A stretch of 64,000 nt of DNA from Clostridiales bacterium (GCA_015055975.1 SVHF01000001.1:134752-198751), one strand, 5' to 3'. Counted from the first letter of the stretch, positions 45,380 to 55,570 are shown. Numbers and translations are program-made. The notes: generated by a model from the sequence alone, not told the origin.

Positions 45380-45838
45380 ATGAAGTGTATATTTTGTGGA
45401 TCAATTGAAGATAAGGTTATTGATAGTAGATTAAATGAAGATGGTACATCAATAAGACGTAGACGTGAATGCTGTTCATGTGGCAGACGTTTTACAACTT
45501 ATGAAACAATTGAATTAACTCCAATCATGGTAGTTAAGAAAAACGGAGAAAGACAAGAATATTCAAGAAACAAATTAAAACAAGGTATTGTTAATGCTTG
45601 CGCAAAGCGTCCTGTTTCTATGGAAACTATAGATAAGCTAGTTGCTGAAGTAGAAAAGAAGATAAATAATTCTTTGGAACAAGAAATCAAATCATCTGTA
45701 ATTGGTGAATATGTAATGGAAGGTTTAAAGGATATAGACGATGTTGCATATATTAGATTTGCGGCTGTATATAGAGAATTTAAAGATATTAATAGCTGGT
45801 TAAGCGAAATTAAAGACCTTGTAAAAGAGAAGAAATAA
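45380..45838 (+). CDS. nrdR: Transcriptional repressor NrdR
   Basis: MKCIFCG...CCSCGRRFTTYE zinc ribbon plus ATP-cone. ATG lies 2 nt after the TIR gene stop. Confidence 0.95.
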   Translation: MKCIFCGSIEDKVIDSRLNEDGTSIRRRRECCSCGRRFTTYETIELTPIMVVKKNGERQEYSRNKLKQGIVNACAKRPVSMETIDKLVAEVEKKINNSLEQEIKSSVIGEYVMEGLKDIDDVAYIRFAAVYREFKDINSWLSEIKDLVKEKK

Positions 45839-46836
45839 TGAAAAAAAGATTGGTTCTAATTTTATCAATATTGCTTTTGTCAATATCTTTGATATTGCCT
45901 CTTGTTTCATGCAAGAAAAATACTGATGTAGAACCAGAGAAAAAAGAAGTTATTCCATATACATTTGTAGATGGATCTTCTATATATATAAAAATGGGAA
46001 CTTATCCTCAAACTATAGCATCAGTTTCTGCTGATACGATTAAAGCAAATGGAACATATGATGAACAAACTGGATATTATACATATGAGGGAAGTTTATA
46101 TAAATTAGTTATTGCGCACCCATGCACGCAAGAGATGAGCGCTGTATTTTCAGATGGTCAAAGTGTTGTAGAAGGAAAAGAGTATGCATTTAAAGTTGAA
46201 GATATAATTTGGAAACTTATAAATAAACAACTTGAAGAAGAAGACTATTTTGCATATTCAAATAAAGTATTAGATACGGCAATCTACCAACAACAAGCAA
46301 AAATTGGAAAAGCATCAAATAATGTTTATTATCTATACGATAGTAATAATAGATTGCAAATAGAAGAAGAAATATATGCAAACAACTGGGAATATTCAGT
46401 ACTAAGATCTGCGCTTGCTCAATTCTATAACATAGCATTCAATGAAGATAATAAAACTGCAATAAAACAAGTAGATAATGTTAATTCATCTCAAGATAGT
46501 GGAGGGGATTATTTCCCATCACATCAAAACAATACAAAAGACTATGTCTTTTGCTTATCAAAAGCGCAAGCTTCAAATTCTCGTTATGGATTTACCGATG
46601 AAGATAAGGAAAGAAGATTGAGAGAAGTTACTGATTATGCGATTGCAAAGGGAGCTTTTTATATAGAAACAACAGATGGAGCAAAGTTCGGTTGGATTTG
46701 GACAAGAACTGCTGCTCAAACATCTAATTCTGTGTATAAAATTACTACAACAGGTGATATAACTGCATCTTTTATCAATAATGATGACGATTTAAAGATT
46801 GGTTATGTGCCTGCAATGCGTATAACTAAAATCTAA
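45838..46836 (+). CDS. Lipoprotein (DUF6273-like, G-x-YPQT motif)
   Basis: Signal peptide with lipobox LPLVSC. IKMGTYPQT motif shared with the 52761-53588 protein. Confidence 0.55.
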   Translation: MKKRLVLILSILLLSISLILPLVSCKKNTDVEPEKKEVIPYTFVDGSSIYIKMGTYPQTIASVSADTIKANGTYDEQTGYYTYEGSLYKLVIAHPCTQEMSAVFSDGQSVVEGKEYAFKVEDIIWKLINKQLEEEDYFAYSNKVLDTAIYQQQAKIGKASNNVYYLYDSNNRLQIEEEIYANNWEYSVLRSALAQFYNIAFNEDNKTAIKQVDNVNSSQDSGGDYFPSHQNNTKDYVFCLSKAQASNSRYGFTDEDKERRLREVTDYAIAKGAFYIETTDGAKFGWIWTRTAAQTSNSVYKITTTGDITASFINNDDDLKIGYVPAMRITKI

Positions 46837-46839
46837 GAT

Positions 46840-46869
46840 TTGACATATTTATTTATACAATGATATATT
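46840..46869 (+). promoter_or_regulatory. Candidate rnpB promoter
   Basis: TTGACA 46840-46845, then an extended -10-like TGATATATT at 46861-46869. Confidence 0.45.
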
Positions 46870-46876
46870 TACTTAG

Positions 46877-47199
46877 CAAGATGGCCAGATGATCGCAGGC
46901 CCGCAAGGGAATGAGGAAAGTCCGAGCACCACAAGGCAGAGTGCTGGTTAACGACCAGTCAAGGTGACTTGAAGGAAAGTGCAACAGAAAATAACCGCCA
47001 ACTTAGTTGGTAAGGATGAAAAGGCGAGGTAAGAGCTCACCGTCCTTAAGGTGACTTAGGGAGCCGTGTAAACCCCACTTGGTGCAAGAGAAAGCGACAA
47101 TTAGTAGCCTGCTAGTCGCGAAATCGCTTGAGCGTATTGGCAACAATGCGCCTAGACAGATGATCATCCAATACAGAACTCGGCTTATAGACCATCTTG
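46877..47199 (+). ncRNA. rnpB: RNase P RNA (compact, about 323 nt)
   Basis: GAGGAAAGTCCG at 46913-46924, ACAGAACTCGGCTTAT at 47173-47188, P1 pairing CAAGATGG.../...CCATCTTG, followed by a T run. Confidence 0.9.
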
Positions 47200-47265
47200 T
47201 TTTTTTATGCAATTATGCGTGAATATGCGTATAAATATACATTTAAGATTTTTACTAAACAATTG

Positions 47266-47294
47266 TTGACTATAATATATAATCTTTATAAAAT
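47266..47294 (+). promoter_or_regulatory. arg operon promoter TTGACT-17-TAAAAT
   Basis: TTGACT 47266-47271, TAAAAT 47289-47294. Confidence 0.6.
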
Positions 47295-47369
47295 GGGCTC
47301 AAGATAAGTATTTGAGTTCATATTTTTTAATTTGAATATTTAAGTATTTATGCAAAACGAAAAAGGACG

Positions 47370-48305
47370 ATGAAAATGACTAAAGTATTTGTAGATGGAT
47401 CTTCTGGAACAACAGGTTTAAAAATAGTTGATAGACTATCTAAAAGAAGTGATATTGAGTTAATCAAGTTATCTGATGAATTAAGAAAAGACGTAAATGC
47501 TAAAAAAGACGCCATAAATTCAGCTGATGTTGTATTTTTATGCTTGCCAGATGCTGCAGCTATTGAATCAGTATCTTTAGTTGAGAATAAGAACGTTTGC
47601 GTTATAGATACATCAACAGCTCATAGAACAAATGATAAATTTGCTTATGGCTTTGCTGAAGTAAACGATTTGCGTTCAAAGATTCAATCATCAAACCTTA
47701 TTGCAAATCCTGGATGTCATGCAAGTGGATTTATATCATTAGTTGCTCCACTTGTTAGAGCAGGACTTATAAATACAGATATTAAATTATCTTGTTTTTC
47801 TTTAACTGGTTATACTGGTGGCGGAAAGAAGATGATAGCTCAATATGAAGAAGGTTGCAATGTAGATTTAGAGGCACCTCGTCAATATGGACTTACTCAA
47901 ATGCATAAACATCTTCCAGAAATGACAAAGGTTTGCGGTATAGATAATGCGCCAATCTTCTGTCCAATTGTTGCTCCATTTGCACAAGGCATGGAAGTAA
48001 CAGTTCCTCTATTTAAGAGCGATTTAAGAGGTAATATCAAAGATATTATTGAATTATATAAGAGCGTTTATACAACAAAACTTGTACATTTTGATGAAGC
48101 AAATGAAGAAGGATTCTTAACTTCAAACAAATATGCAAATTATGATGATATGGGCGTATCTGTTTATGGAAACGATGATAGAATAATACTTGTTTCTAGA
48201 TTTGATAATCTAGGAAAGGGCGCTTCAGGCGCAGCTATACAAAATATGAATATACATTTAGGACTAAAAGAAGAAGAGTCACTAAATATTAAAGGAGCTA
48301 ACTAA
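47370..48305 (+). CDS. argC: N-acetyl-gamma-glutamyl-phosphate reductase (short form)
   Basis: VDGSSGTTG NAD loop, catalytic IANPGCHASG, about 310 aa. Confidence 0.9.
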   Translation: MKMTKVFVDGSSGTTGLKIVDRLSKRSDIELIKLSDELRKDVNAKKDAINSADVVFLCLPDAAAIESVSLVENKNVCVIDTSTAHRTNDKFAYGFAEVNDLRSKIQSSNLIANPGCHASGFISLVAPLVRAGLINTDIKLSCFSLTGYTGGGKKMIAQYEEGCNVDLEAPRQYGLTQMHKHLPEMTKVCGIDNAPIFCPIVAPFAQGMEVTVPLFKSDLRGNIKDIIELYKSVYTTKLVHFDEANEEGFLTSNKYANYDDMGVSVYGNDDRIILVSRFDNLGKGASGAAIQNMNIHLGLKEEESLNIKGAN

Positions 48306-48307
48306 AT

Positions 48308-49522
48308 ATGAAACTAATCAAAGGTGGCGTTTGCGCAGCTCAAGGATTTAGCGCATCAGGAATTCATTGTGGAATTAGAAAGAGCCGTACTAAAAGAGAT
48401 CTAGGCTTAGTGTATAGTTCTGTTCCAGCTTCTGCTGCAGCTGTTTATACAACAAACCTTGTAAAGGGTGCACCTCTATATGTTACAAAAGAACATTTAA
48501 AAGATGGTGTTGCTCAAGCTATTATTTGCAATTCAGGCAACGCAAATACTTGTAACGCAAATGGTATTGAAATCGCAAACGAAATGGCTAAAGAATTATC
48601 TAAAAAGCTTAATGTTAAGGAAAACGACGTAGTTGTAGCATCAACTGGTGTTATAGGTCTTCCTTTATCTATAGAGCCAATCGCTCAAGGTATTCCTACA
48701 TTAGTTAGCGAATTATCTACAACAGGAAATGACAATGCATCTGAAGCAATCATGACAACAGATACAATTTCAAAGCAAGTTGCTGTTGAGTTTGAAATCG
48801 GTGGAAAGACATGTAAGCTTGGTGGTATGGCAAAAGGAAGCGGTATGATCCATCCAAACATGGCTACAATGCTTGTTTTCATTACATCAGATGTTAATAT
48901 TTCATCTCAAATGTTACAAAAAGCTCTAAAGAGTGATATCCAAGATACATTTAACATGTTAAGTATTGATGGAGATACATCTACAAACGATATGGTAGTA
49001 GTTTTAGCAAATGGCTTAGCTGGAAATGAATGTATTGATAAAGATAATGATGACTTCAAGACATTTATGAAAGCTCTAAATACAGTTACAGTTCAATTAT
49101 GTAGAGAAATTGCAGGTGATGGCGAAGGCGCAACAAAGCTTTTGGAATGCAAGGTATACAATGCTTACAATATTCCAACAGCAAAGATAGTTGCAAAATC
49201 TGTTATTTGTTCATCACTTCTAAAAGCTGCTATGTTTGGTGCAGATGCTAACTGGGGAAGAGTTTTGTGCGCTATTGGATATTCAGGCGCAAATGTAGAT
49301 ATAAATAAAATTGATGTTTCATTTAAGTCTAAAAAAGGCGAGATTCAAGTTTGCAAAAACGGTGCAGGTGTTGCATTTGATGAAGATATTGCAAAGCAAA
49401 TCTTATTAGAAGACGAAATTGAAATACTTGTAGATTTGAATGATGGCGATGCATTCTCAACGGCTTGGGGATGCGATTTAACTTACGATTACGTAAAGAT
49501 TAACGGGGACTACCGTACATAA
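48308..49522 (+). CDS. argJ: Bifunctional ornithine acetyltransferase / N-acetylglutamate synthase
   Basis: Autoprocessing site HPNMATMLVFITSD, C-terminal NGDYRT. Confidence 0.93.
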   Translation: MKLIKGGVCAAQGFSASGIHCGIRKSRTKRDLGLVYSSVPASAAAVYTTNLVKGAPLYVTKEHLKDGVAQAIICNSGNANTCNANGIEIANEMAKELSKKLNVKENDVVVASTGVIGLPLSIEPIAQGIPTLVSELSTTGNDNASEAIMTTDTISKQVAVEFEIGGKTCKLGGMAKGSGMIHPNMATMLVFITSDVNISSQMLQKALKSDIQDTFNMLSIDGDTSTNDMVVVLANGLAGNECIDKDNDDFKTFMKALNTVTVQLCREIAGDGEGATKLLECKVYNAYNIPTAKIVAKSVICSSLLKAAMFGADANWGRVLCAIGYSGANVDINKIDVSFKSKKGEIQVCKNGAGVAFDEDIAKQILLEDEIEILVDLNDGDAFSTAWGCDLTYDYVKINGDYRT

Positions 49523-49536
49523 TAAGGAGATAAGAT

Positions 49537-50412
49537 ATGTTAGATAAGAATTTTACTAACGCTCAACGTGCAGAAGTATTAACACAAGCTTTACCAAACA
49601 TCAAAAAGTATAGCGGTAAAATCGTTGTTATCAAATATGGTGGCAATGCTATGGTTAATGAAACACTTAAAGAACAAGTTATGGAAGATATCGTTCTTCT
49701 ATCTTTGATAGGTGTTAAAGTTGTTCTTGTTCACGGTGGTGGCCCAGAAATTTCAGAGATGATGAACAAGCTTGGCAAAAAAGCTGAATTTGTAGATGGT
49801 CTTCGTGTAACAGATAAAGAAACCGTAGATATCGTACAAATGGTTCTTGCTGGAAAGATTAACAAGTCTTTAGTTAATTTCATCAACGTAAAGGGCGGCA
49901 AGGCTATGGGTATTTCTGGTATGGATGGAAAACTTATCGAAGCTAAGATGAAAAATGAAAAGCTTGGATATGTTGGAGAAATTACAAATATCAATATAAA
50001 GCCAGTAGAAGATTTACTTGCTAAAGGTTATATTCCAATTATTTCAACAATTGGTTGTGATGATAAAGGAAATGCATATAACATTAACGGCGATACAGCA
50101 GCAGCTCATATCGCAGGAGCTCTTCGTGCTGAAAGATTAATTATGATGACAGACGTTGCTGGTATTTTAAAGGATAAAGATGATCCATCAACATTAATTC
50201 CAGAAATATCAATTCATGAAGCTGAAGAATTATCTCAAGAAGGAATTATTTCTGGAGGTATGATTCCAAAACTTGAATGTTGTATTACAGGTATCCGTAA
50301 GGGTGTTGAAAACGTAATTATCATGGATGGTCGTGTTCCTCACGCAATATTGATGGAGCTATTGACAGACGAAGGTGCTGGTACAATGGTTAAAGGGGAT
50401 AAAAATGTCTGA
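49537..50412 (+). CDS. argB: Acetylglutamate kinase
   Basis: VVIKYGGNAM, VLVHGGGP, NINGDTAA. Confidence 0.93.
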   Translation: MLDKNFTNAQRAEVLTQALPNIKKYSGKIVVIKYGGNAMVNETLKEQVMEDIVLLSLIGVKVVLVHGGGPEISEMMNKLGKKAEFVDGLRVTDKETVDIVQMVLAGKINKSLVNFINVKGGKAMGISGMDGKLIEAKMKNEKLGYVGEITNINIKPVEDLLAKGYIPIISTIGCDDKGNAYNINGDTAAAHIAGALRAERLIMMTDVAGILKDKDDPSTLIPEISIHEAEELSQEGIISGGMIPKLECCITGIRKGVENVIIMDGRVPHAILMELLTDEGAGTMVKGDKNV

Positions 50413-51568
50413 TATTTTCGAAATAGATAAACAATATGTCGCAAATACTTACAACCGTTTTCCTGTAGATTTAGTCTACGGGAAAGGTTCTTTAATAAAG
50501 GATTCAAACGGAAAAGAGTATATTGATTTAGGTTCAGGAATTGGTGTTACAGCTTTTGGTATTCAAGATGAAGAATGGAAAAAGGCTGTAATTGAACAAT
50601 TGAATAAAATTCAACACGCTTCAAATTTGTACTATACAGAGCCATGTGCAAATCTTGCTAAATTACTTTGTGAAAAGACAGGTTTTAAGAAAGTGTTCTT
50701 TGGAAACTCTGGAGCTGAAGCAAACGAATGTGCAATTAAAGTTGCAAGAAAATATGCCGAAGATAAAGGAATCAAAGATTCTTCAATAATTACTTTAAAG
50801 AATTCATTCCACGGAAGAACAATAGCAACACTAGCAGCTACTGGTCAAGATGTATTCCATCAAGATTTCTTGCCTATAGCTCAAGGCTTTTTATACGCTG
50901 AAGCTAATAACATTAATTCTATTAAAGAATTAGTAGCAAACAATAAAGTGTCTGCAATCATGATGGAATGTGTTCAAGGTGAAGGCGGCGTTATAGCCCT
51001 AAATAAGGACTTTGTTGAAGATGTATATAAGATTTGTCAAGAAAAGGACATTTTGCTTATAATTGACGAAGTACAAACTGGAAACGGTAGAACAGGCAAG
51101 TTATATGCATATATGAACTATGATATAACTCCAGATGTTGTAACAACAGCAAAAGGCTTAGCTGGTGGTCTTCCAATGGGAGCATGCTTGCTTGGTGAAA
51201 AGGTTCAAAATACACTTGGCCCTTCTAAGCACGGTTCAACTTTTGGCGGAAACCCAATTGCAGCAGCTGGTGCTATTTCTATTATTTCAAGAATAGATGA
51301 AGCTTTATTGAATGATGTTAAGAAAAAGTCAGAATTTATTATAAATAAGCTTCAAGGAAAAGAGGGAATTTTATCTATATCTGGAATGGGATTAATGCTT
51401 GGCATTGAAACTAAAAAAGATGTTAAAGATGTGCTAAAATATTTGATGGACAATGGAGTGCTTGCTTTGAGCGCAAAAACAAAGCTAAGATTGCTTCCAG
51501 CGTTAACAATAACAATTGATGAATTAGACAAGGCTTGCGATGTTATTATTGCAGCTTGCAAGGAGTAA
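50405..51568 (+). CDS. argD: Acetylornithine aminotransferase
   Basis: Class III aminotransferase. [32 protein letters not shown] (PLP Lys). ATG 50405 overlaps the argB end by 8 nt. Confidence 0.9.
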   Translation: MSDIFEIDKQYVANTYNRFPVDLVYGKGSLIKDSNGKEYIDLGSGIGVTAFGIQDEEWKKAVIEQLNKIQHASNLYYTEPCANLAKLLCEKTGFKKVFFGNSGAEANECAIKVARKYAEDKGIKDSSIITLKNSFHGRTIATLAATGQDVFHQDFLPIAQGFLYAEANNINSIKELVANNKVSAIMMECVQGEGGVIALNKDFVEDVYKICQEKDILLIIDEVQTGNGRTGKLYAYMNYDITPDVVTTAKGLAGGLPMGACLLGEKVQNTLGPSKHGSTFGGNPIAAAGAISIISRIDEALLNDVKKKSEFIINKLQGKEGILSISGMGLMLGIETKKDVKDVLKYLMDNGVLALSAKTKLRLLPALTITIDELDKACDVIIAACKE

Positions 51569-51576
51569 AAGTAAAA

Positions 51577-52566
51577 ATGAACTTTAAAGGTAAGAGCTTT
51601 TTAAAACTATTAGACTTTACACCAGAAGAAATCGATTATTTAATCGATCTTGCTCAAGATTTAAAGAACAAAAAGAAGAATAATATCCCTCATAAATATT
51701 GTGAAGGTAAAAATGTTGCTTTAATTTTTGAAAAGACATCTACAAGAACTAGATGTTCTTTTGAAGTTGCAGCAGCAGATCTTGGAATGCATCCTGTATA
51801 TTTAGATCCTAAGAGTTCTCAAATTGGTAAAAAGGAAAGTATTGCAGATACTGCAAGAGTTTTAGGAAGAATGTTCGATGGTATTGAATATAGAGGATAT
51901 GGTCAAGAAATCGTTGAAGAGCTAGATAAATACGCTGGAGTCCCAGTATGGAATGGTTTAACAAATGAATTCCACCCAACTCAAATCCTTGCAGACTTTA
52001 TGACAATAAAAGAACAATTTGGCAAATTGAAGGGAATTAAACTTGTGTATATGGGCGATGCTAGATATAACATGGGTAATTCTTTGATGGTTGGCGCAGC
52101 AAAGATGGGAATGCATTTTGTTTCTTGCGCTCCAAAGAAATATTTCCAAAACGACGAATTAGTTGCAAAATGTCAAAAGATTGCAAAAGAAACAGGTGCA
52201 ATTTTAGAGTTTGAAGAAGACCCAATGGTTGCAACAAAAGGCGCCGATGTAATCTATACAGATGTATGGGTATCTATGGGCGAACCAGACGAAGTATGGG
52301 CTGAGAGAATTCATGATCTTTTACCATATCAAGTAAATACTAAGATTATGCATAATGCAGGGGATCAATGTAAGTTCATGCATTGCCTTCCAGCATTCCA
52401 TGATTTAAAGACAACAATAGGGGAAGAAATCCATAAAAAATATGGTTTAGATGCTATGGAAGTAACAGATGAAGTGTTCGAATCTCCAGCTTCAATTGTA
52501 TTTGATGAAGCAGAAAACCGTATGCATACAATCAAAGCTGTCATGGCAGCAACATTGATGGATTAG
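51577..52566 (+). CDS. argF: Ornithine carbamoyltransferase
   Basis: [22 protein letters not shown] motifs. ATG 51577. Confidence 0.93.
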   Translation: MNFKGKSFLKLLDFTPEEIDYLIDLAQDLKNKKKNNIPHKYCEGKNVALIFEKTSTRTRCSFEVAAADLGMHPVYLDPKSSQIGKKESIADTARVLGRMFDGIEYRGYGQEIVEELDKYAGVPVWNGLTNEFHPTQILADFMTIKEQFGKLKGIKLVYMGDARYNMGNSLMVGAAKMGMHFVSCAPKKYFQNDELVAKCQKIAKETGAILEFEEDPMVATKGADVIYTDVWVSMGEPDEVWAERIHDLLPYQVNTKIMHNAGDQCKFMHCLPAFHDLKTTIGEEIHKKYGLDAMEVTDEVFESPASIVFDEAENRMHTIKAVMAATLMD

Positions 52567-52610
52567 TCCTATTTTATCCATAAAATTTAAACAAAAATAC
52601 ATGTATTTAA

Positions 52611-52642
52611 GGCACTTCAAAAATTAAGAAGTGCCAGTTTTT
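52611..52642 (+). terminator. Rho-independent terminator after argF
   Basis: GGCACTTC / GAAGTGCC stem followed by AGTTTTTATT. Confidence 0.8.
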
Positions 52643-52760
52643 ATTGAAAATATTTCATTTTACATTAAATTTACTTTATTTATTCATAAATCTTACAAAA
52701 AGCCTATTTTGTGCATTATTTTTAAGGTGATTTTATGTTTGAGTTAGTAGATTTAAAAAC

Positions 52761-53588
52761 ATGAAGATGATAAATCTAAAAAAATATAAACTAACTATAT
52801 CTATTTGTATTGTTTTACTTTTATCTGTATTCACGGCTTGTTCATCGAATAGTGTAAACGTACCCGATACTGTTGAATCTCCTGGGGACGTTGAGGAAAC
52901 AAAATTAGAAATAACCTCAATTTCAATTTTAAGTGCTCTCGAACCAATATTATTTGGAAAATTTCCTCAAACTATCGATGAAGAAGCGCAAGTTACTATA
53001 AATAAGAATTCAAACGGTTATTATGCAGGAAGCAACATGCAATACTATGCACAAGTCAATGGCAAGTATTACAAAGTTGAAGATGTTTTGTGGGATGCAT
53101 TCCAATTAGAAAGCGGCGATATTTTATTAGTTTCTCGAAATATATTATTCAGCGCAAGATATGATGATTATCATGATTATTTTGAAGGAGAAAGACAAAT
53201 TTTCCAAAACGATGGTTTCGTATTTACGGATGAAGAAGAAGCAAGAATTAAGAGCACTAATGTTAAATATGAACATAGAATACAATCTTCAATTTATTAT
53301 TGTGTTCAAAGATTCTTATTGAATTTTGATCAATTAAATGAATTATATCCAACAACAAATAAAGTATTGAAAAAACCAACAGATTACGCAGCAATTAAAC
53401 TAGATGTAAATGAATATGGTTATTCTTCTTGGTGGTTAGCTCCAAATAAGGGGAAGAGCCTTTATGTTTCAGATGCCGGCGTAATTAGTAATAAGGGCAA
53501 TACTTATATTGATGTAACAGAAAGTTTTGCTTATATTAGATATGCTCAACGTGGCATGGTTCCATGTATGATAATTTCAGCTGATTAA
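52761..53588 (+). CDS. Lipoprotein, paralogue of the 45838-46836 product
   Basis: Lipobox SVFTACSS. ILFGKFPQT motif and general layout shared with the other lipoprotein. Confidence 0.5.
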   Translation: MKMINLKKYKLTISICIVLLLSVFTACSSNSVNVPDTVESPGDVEETKLEITSISILSALEPILFGKFPQTIDEEAQVTINKNSNGYYAGSNMQYYAQVNGKYYKVEDVLWDAFQLESGDILLVSRNILFSARYDDYHDYFEGERQIFQNDGFVFTDEEEARIKSTNVKYEHRIQSSIYYCVQRFLLNFDQLNELYPTTNKVLKKPTDYAAIKLDVNEYGYSSWWLAPNKGKSLYVSDAGVISNKGNTYIDVTESFAYIRYAQRGMVPCMIISAD

Positions 53589-53649
53589 TCAGTATTTCGC
53601 ATATTATTTATTGAATATTAATAATTATTAAATATATTGCATTTTTTAT

Positions 53650-53686
53650 TTGACTTTATCAAAGTAAAGTGCTAAATTGATAAAGT
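53650..53686 (+). promoter_or_regulatory. his operon promoter (TTGACT-17-TAAATT) bracketed by a perfect 10 bp inverted repeat (candidate operator)
   Basis: TTGACT 53650-53655, TAAATT 53673-53678. ACTTTATCAA (53653-53662)-N14-TTGATAAAGT (53677-53686). Confidence 0.55.
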
Positions 53687-53709
53687 AATAAATTGAAAGT
53701 GAGGCAAAT

Positions 53710-53997
53710 ATGGTAGATATTCGTTCAGAATCAATTGATAGATTGTTTGAAACAATACTAAAGTTAGATAGCGTTGATGAATGCTATAAGTTCTTTGAAG
53801 ATTTATGCACAATTAAAGAAATTCAAGACATGTCACAAAGACTTGATGCTGCTATTTTATTAGACAGTGGAGAGAATTATCAAAATGTTTCTAAAAAAAT
53901 TGGTATTTCTTCTGCTACTATTTCTCGTGTTTCTAAGTGCTTAAATTATTCAAATGGATACAAGCTTGCAATTCAAAAGATAAAGGAGGGTAAATAA
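53710..53997 (+). CDS. yerC: TrpR-family YerC/YecD-like DNA-binding protein (HisR-like)
   Basis: 95 aa. LCTIKEIQDMSQRL...GENYQNVSKKIGISSATISRVSK helix-turn-helix is typical of YerC/YecD. Stop overlaps the hisZ start. Confidence 0.75.
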   Translation: MVDIRSESIDRLFETILKLDSVDECYKFFEDLCTIKEIQDMSQRLDAAILLDSGENYQNVSKKIGISSATISRVSKCLNYSNGYKLAIQKIKEGK

Positions 53998-54932
53998 TGG
54001 AAATTAATGATTCAGTACTAAATTTTGATGAAAAGATTATTTTCAACCTTCGTTCTATCTATGCAAAGGCTGGCTATTCTCAATTCAAGATGTCAAAGTT
54101 TGAAGAATACGATATGTATGTAGCAAATAAAGATTTCTTGATTTCAGATAATATCATCACATTTACTGATACAAATGGTAAATTAATGGCCCTAAAGCCA
54201 GACGTAACATTATCTATCATTAAAAACTTCAAAGAAAAAGAAGGTTTTGTTCAAAAGTTATACTATAACGAAAACGTATATAGAGTATCTAAAGGAACAA
54301 ATGCTTTTAAAGAAATTATGCAAGTAGGACTTGAATGTATTGGGGATTTAAAATCTCAAGATATTTCTGAAGTTATTTTACTTGCTGCAAAATCTTTAAA
54401 GAGCATATCAGCAAAATCAGTACTAGATATTTCAAATGTCTCACTTATATCTGAAGTATTAGATAATGTTGATGCTTCAATAAAAGGATCATTAATTAAG
54501 TGCATTTCTGAAAAGAATGCATTTGAATTACAAAAGATTTGTAAAGAAAACGATGTAGATCAAAATACAGTAGATTTATTGAAATCTTTGATTTCGTTAT
54601 ATGGAAAACCAGCTAAGGTTATTCCTGAACTAAAAAAACTATTTATATCTGATATGGCTATCGAGGCAATATCTCAATTTGAAGATATAGCAAAGCTATT
54701 TGAAAAAGAAGGATTAATTGATATGTTAAATATCGATTTTTCAGTAGTAAATACAACTAAATACTATAATGGTATGGTATTCAAAGGATTCATCGAATCT
54801 ATCCCAAATAGAGTATTATCTGGTGGTCAATACGGAAAGCTTTTAAAGAAGCTTGGCAAGAGTGCAAAGGCAATTGGATTTGCTGTATATCTTGATCAAC
54901 TAGAAGATTTAGACAATGGAGGTGAACTATAA
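53997..54932 (+). CDS. hisZ: ATP phosphoribosyltransferase regulatory subunit
   Basis: HisRS-like catalytic core without an anticodon domain (311 aa). Immediately upstream of short-form hisG. Confidence 0.85.
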   Translation: MEINDSVLNFDEKIIFNLRSIYAKAGYSQFKMSKFEEYDMYVANKDFLISDNIITFTDTNGKLMALKPDVTLSIIKNFKEKEGFVQKLYYNENVYRVSKGTNAFKEIMQVGLECIGDLKSQDISEVILLAAKSLKSISAKSVLDISNVSLISEVLDNVDASIKGSLIKCISEKNAFELQKICKENDVDQNTVDLLKSLISLYGKPAKVIPELKKLFISDMAIEAISQFEDIAKLFEKEGLIDMLNIDFSVVNTTKYYNGMVFKGFIESIPNRVLSGGQYGKLLKKLGKSAKAIGFAVYLDQLEDLDNGGEL

Positions 54933-55570
54933 TGGAATTTCTAAATGTTGCGCTTCCAAAGGGAAGATTAGGCGAAAAAGTATATGCCATGTTTGAAAAA
55001 GCTGGCTTTGAATGTCCATCTATTAAAGAAAATAATAGAAAGCTTATATTTGAAAATGAAAAAGTAGGAGTTAGATACTTTTGGGTTAAACCATCAGATG
55101 TAGCAATTTATGTAGAAAGAGGAGCTGCAGATATTGGTGTTGCGGGAAAAGATATTCTTTTAGAATATGAACCAGAAGTTTATGAACTTTTAGATTTAAA
55201 TATTGGTAAATGCAGAATGGCTGTAGCTGCTCCAAAAGGATTTAAAGATAATAAGAATAAGACTTTAAAGGTTGCTACAAAGTTTGCAAATATTGCAAGA
55301 GACTACTACACAAAGATGGGTAGAGATATAGATATTATTCACCTAAATGGTTCAATTGAGATTGCTCCAATTTTGGGTCTTTCTGACGTTATCGTAGATA
55401 TCGTAGAAACAGGAACAACTCTAAAAGAAAATAATCTTGAAGTTATTGAAACAATCGTTCCAATTTCAGCAAGATTTATAGCAAATAAGACAAGCTTTAA
55501 GTTTAAGGGTGAACAAATCGAAAAGTTAATGAAAGAATTATCAAATCAAATCGAGGTTGAAAATGATTAA
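54932..55570 (+). CDS. hisG: ATP phosphoribosyltransferase (short form)
   Basis: LNVALPKGRL, DVAIYVERGAADIGVAGKD, DIVETGTTLKEN. Confidence 0.93.
   Translation: MEFLNVALPKGRLGEKVYAMFEKAGFECPSIKENNRKLIFENEKVGVRYFWVKPSDVAIYVERGAADIGVAGKDILLEYEPEVYELLDLNIGKCRMAVAAPKGFKDNKNKTLKVATKFANIARDYYTKMGRDIDIIHLNGSIEIAPILGLSDVIVDIVETGTTLKENNLEVIETIVPISARFIANKTSFKFKGEQIEKLMKELSNQIEVEND

Noticed and set aside
47003-47212. 69 aa minus-strand ORF.
   Set aside because: It lies entirely within the RNase P RNA gene.
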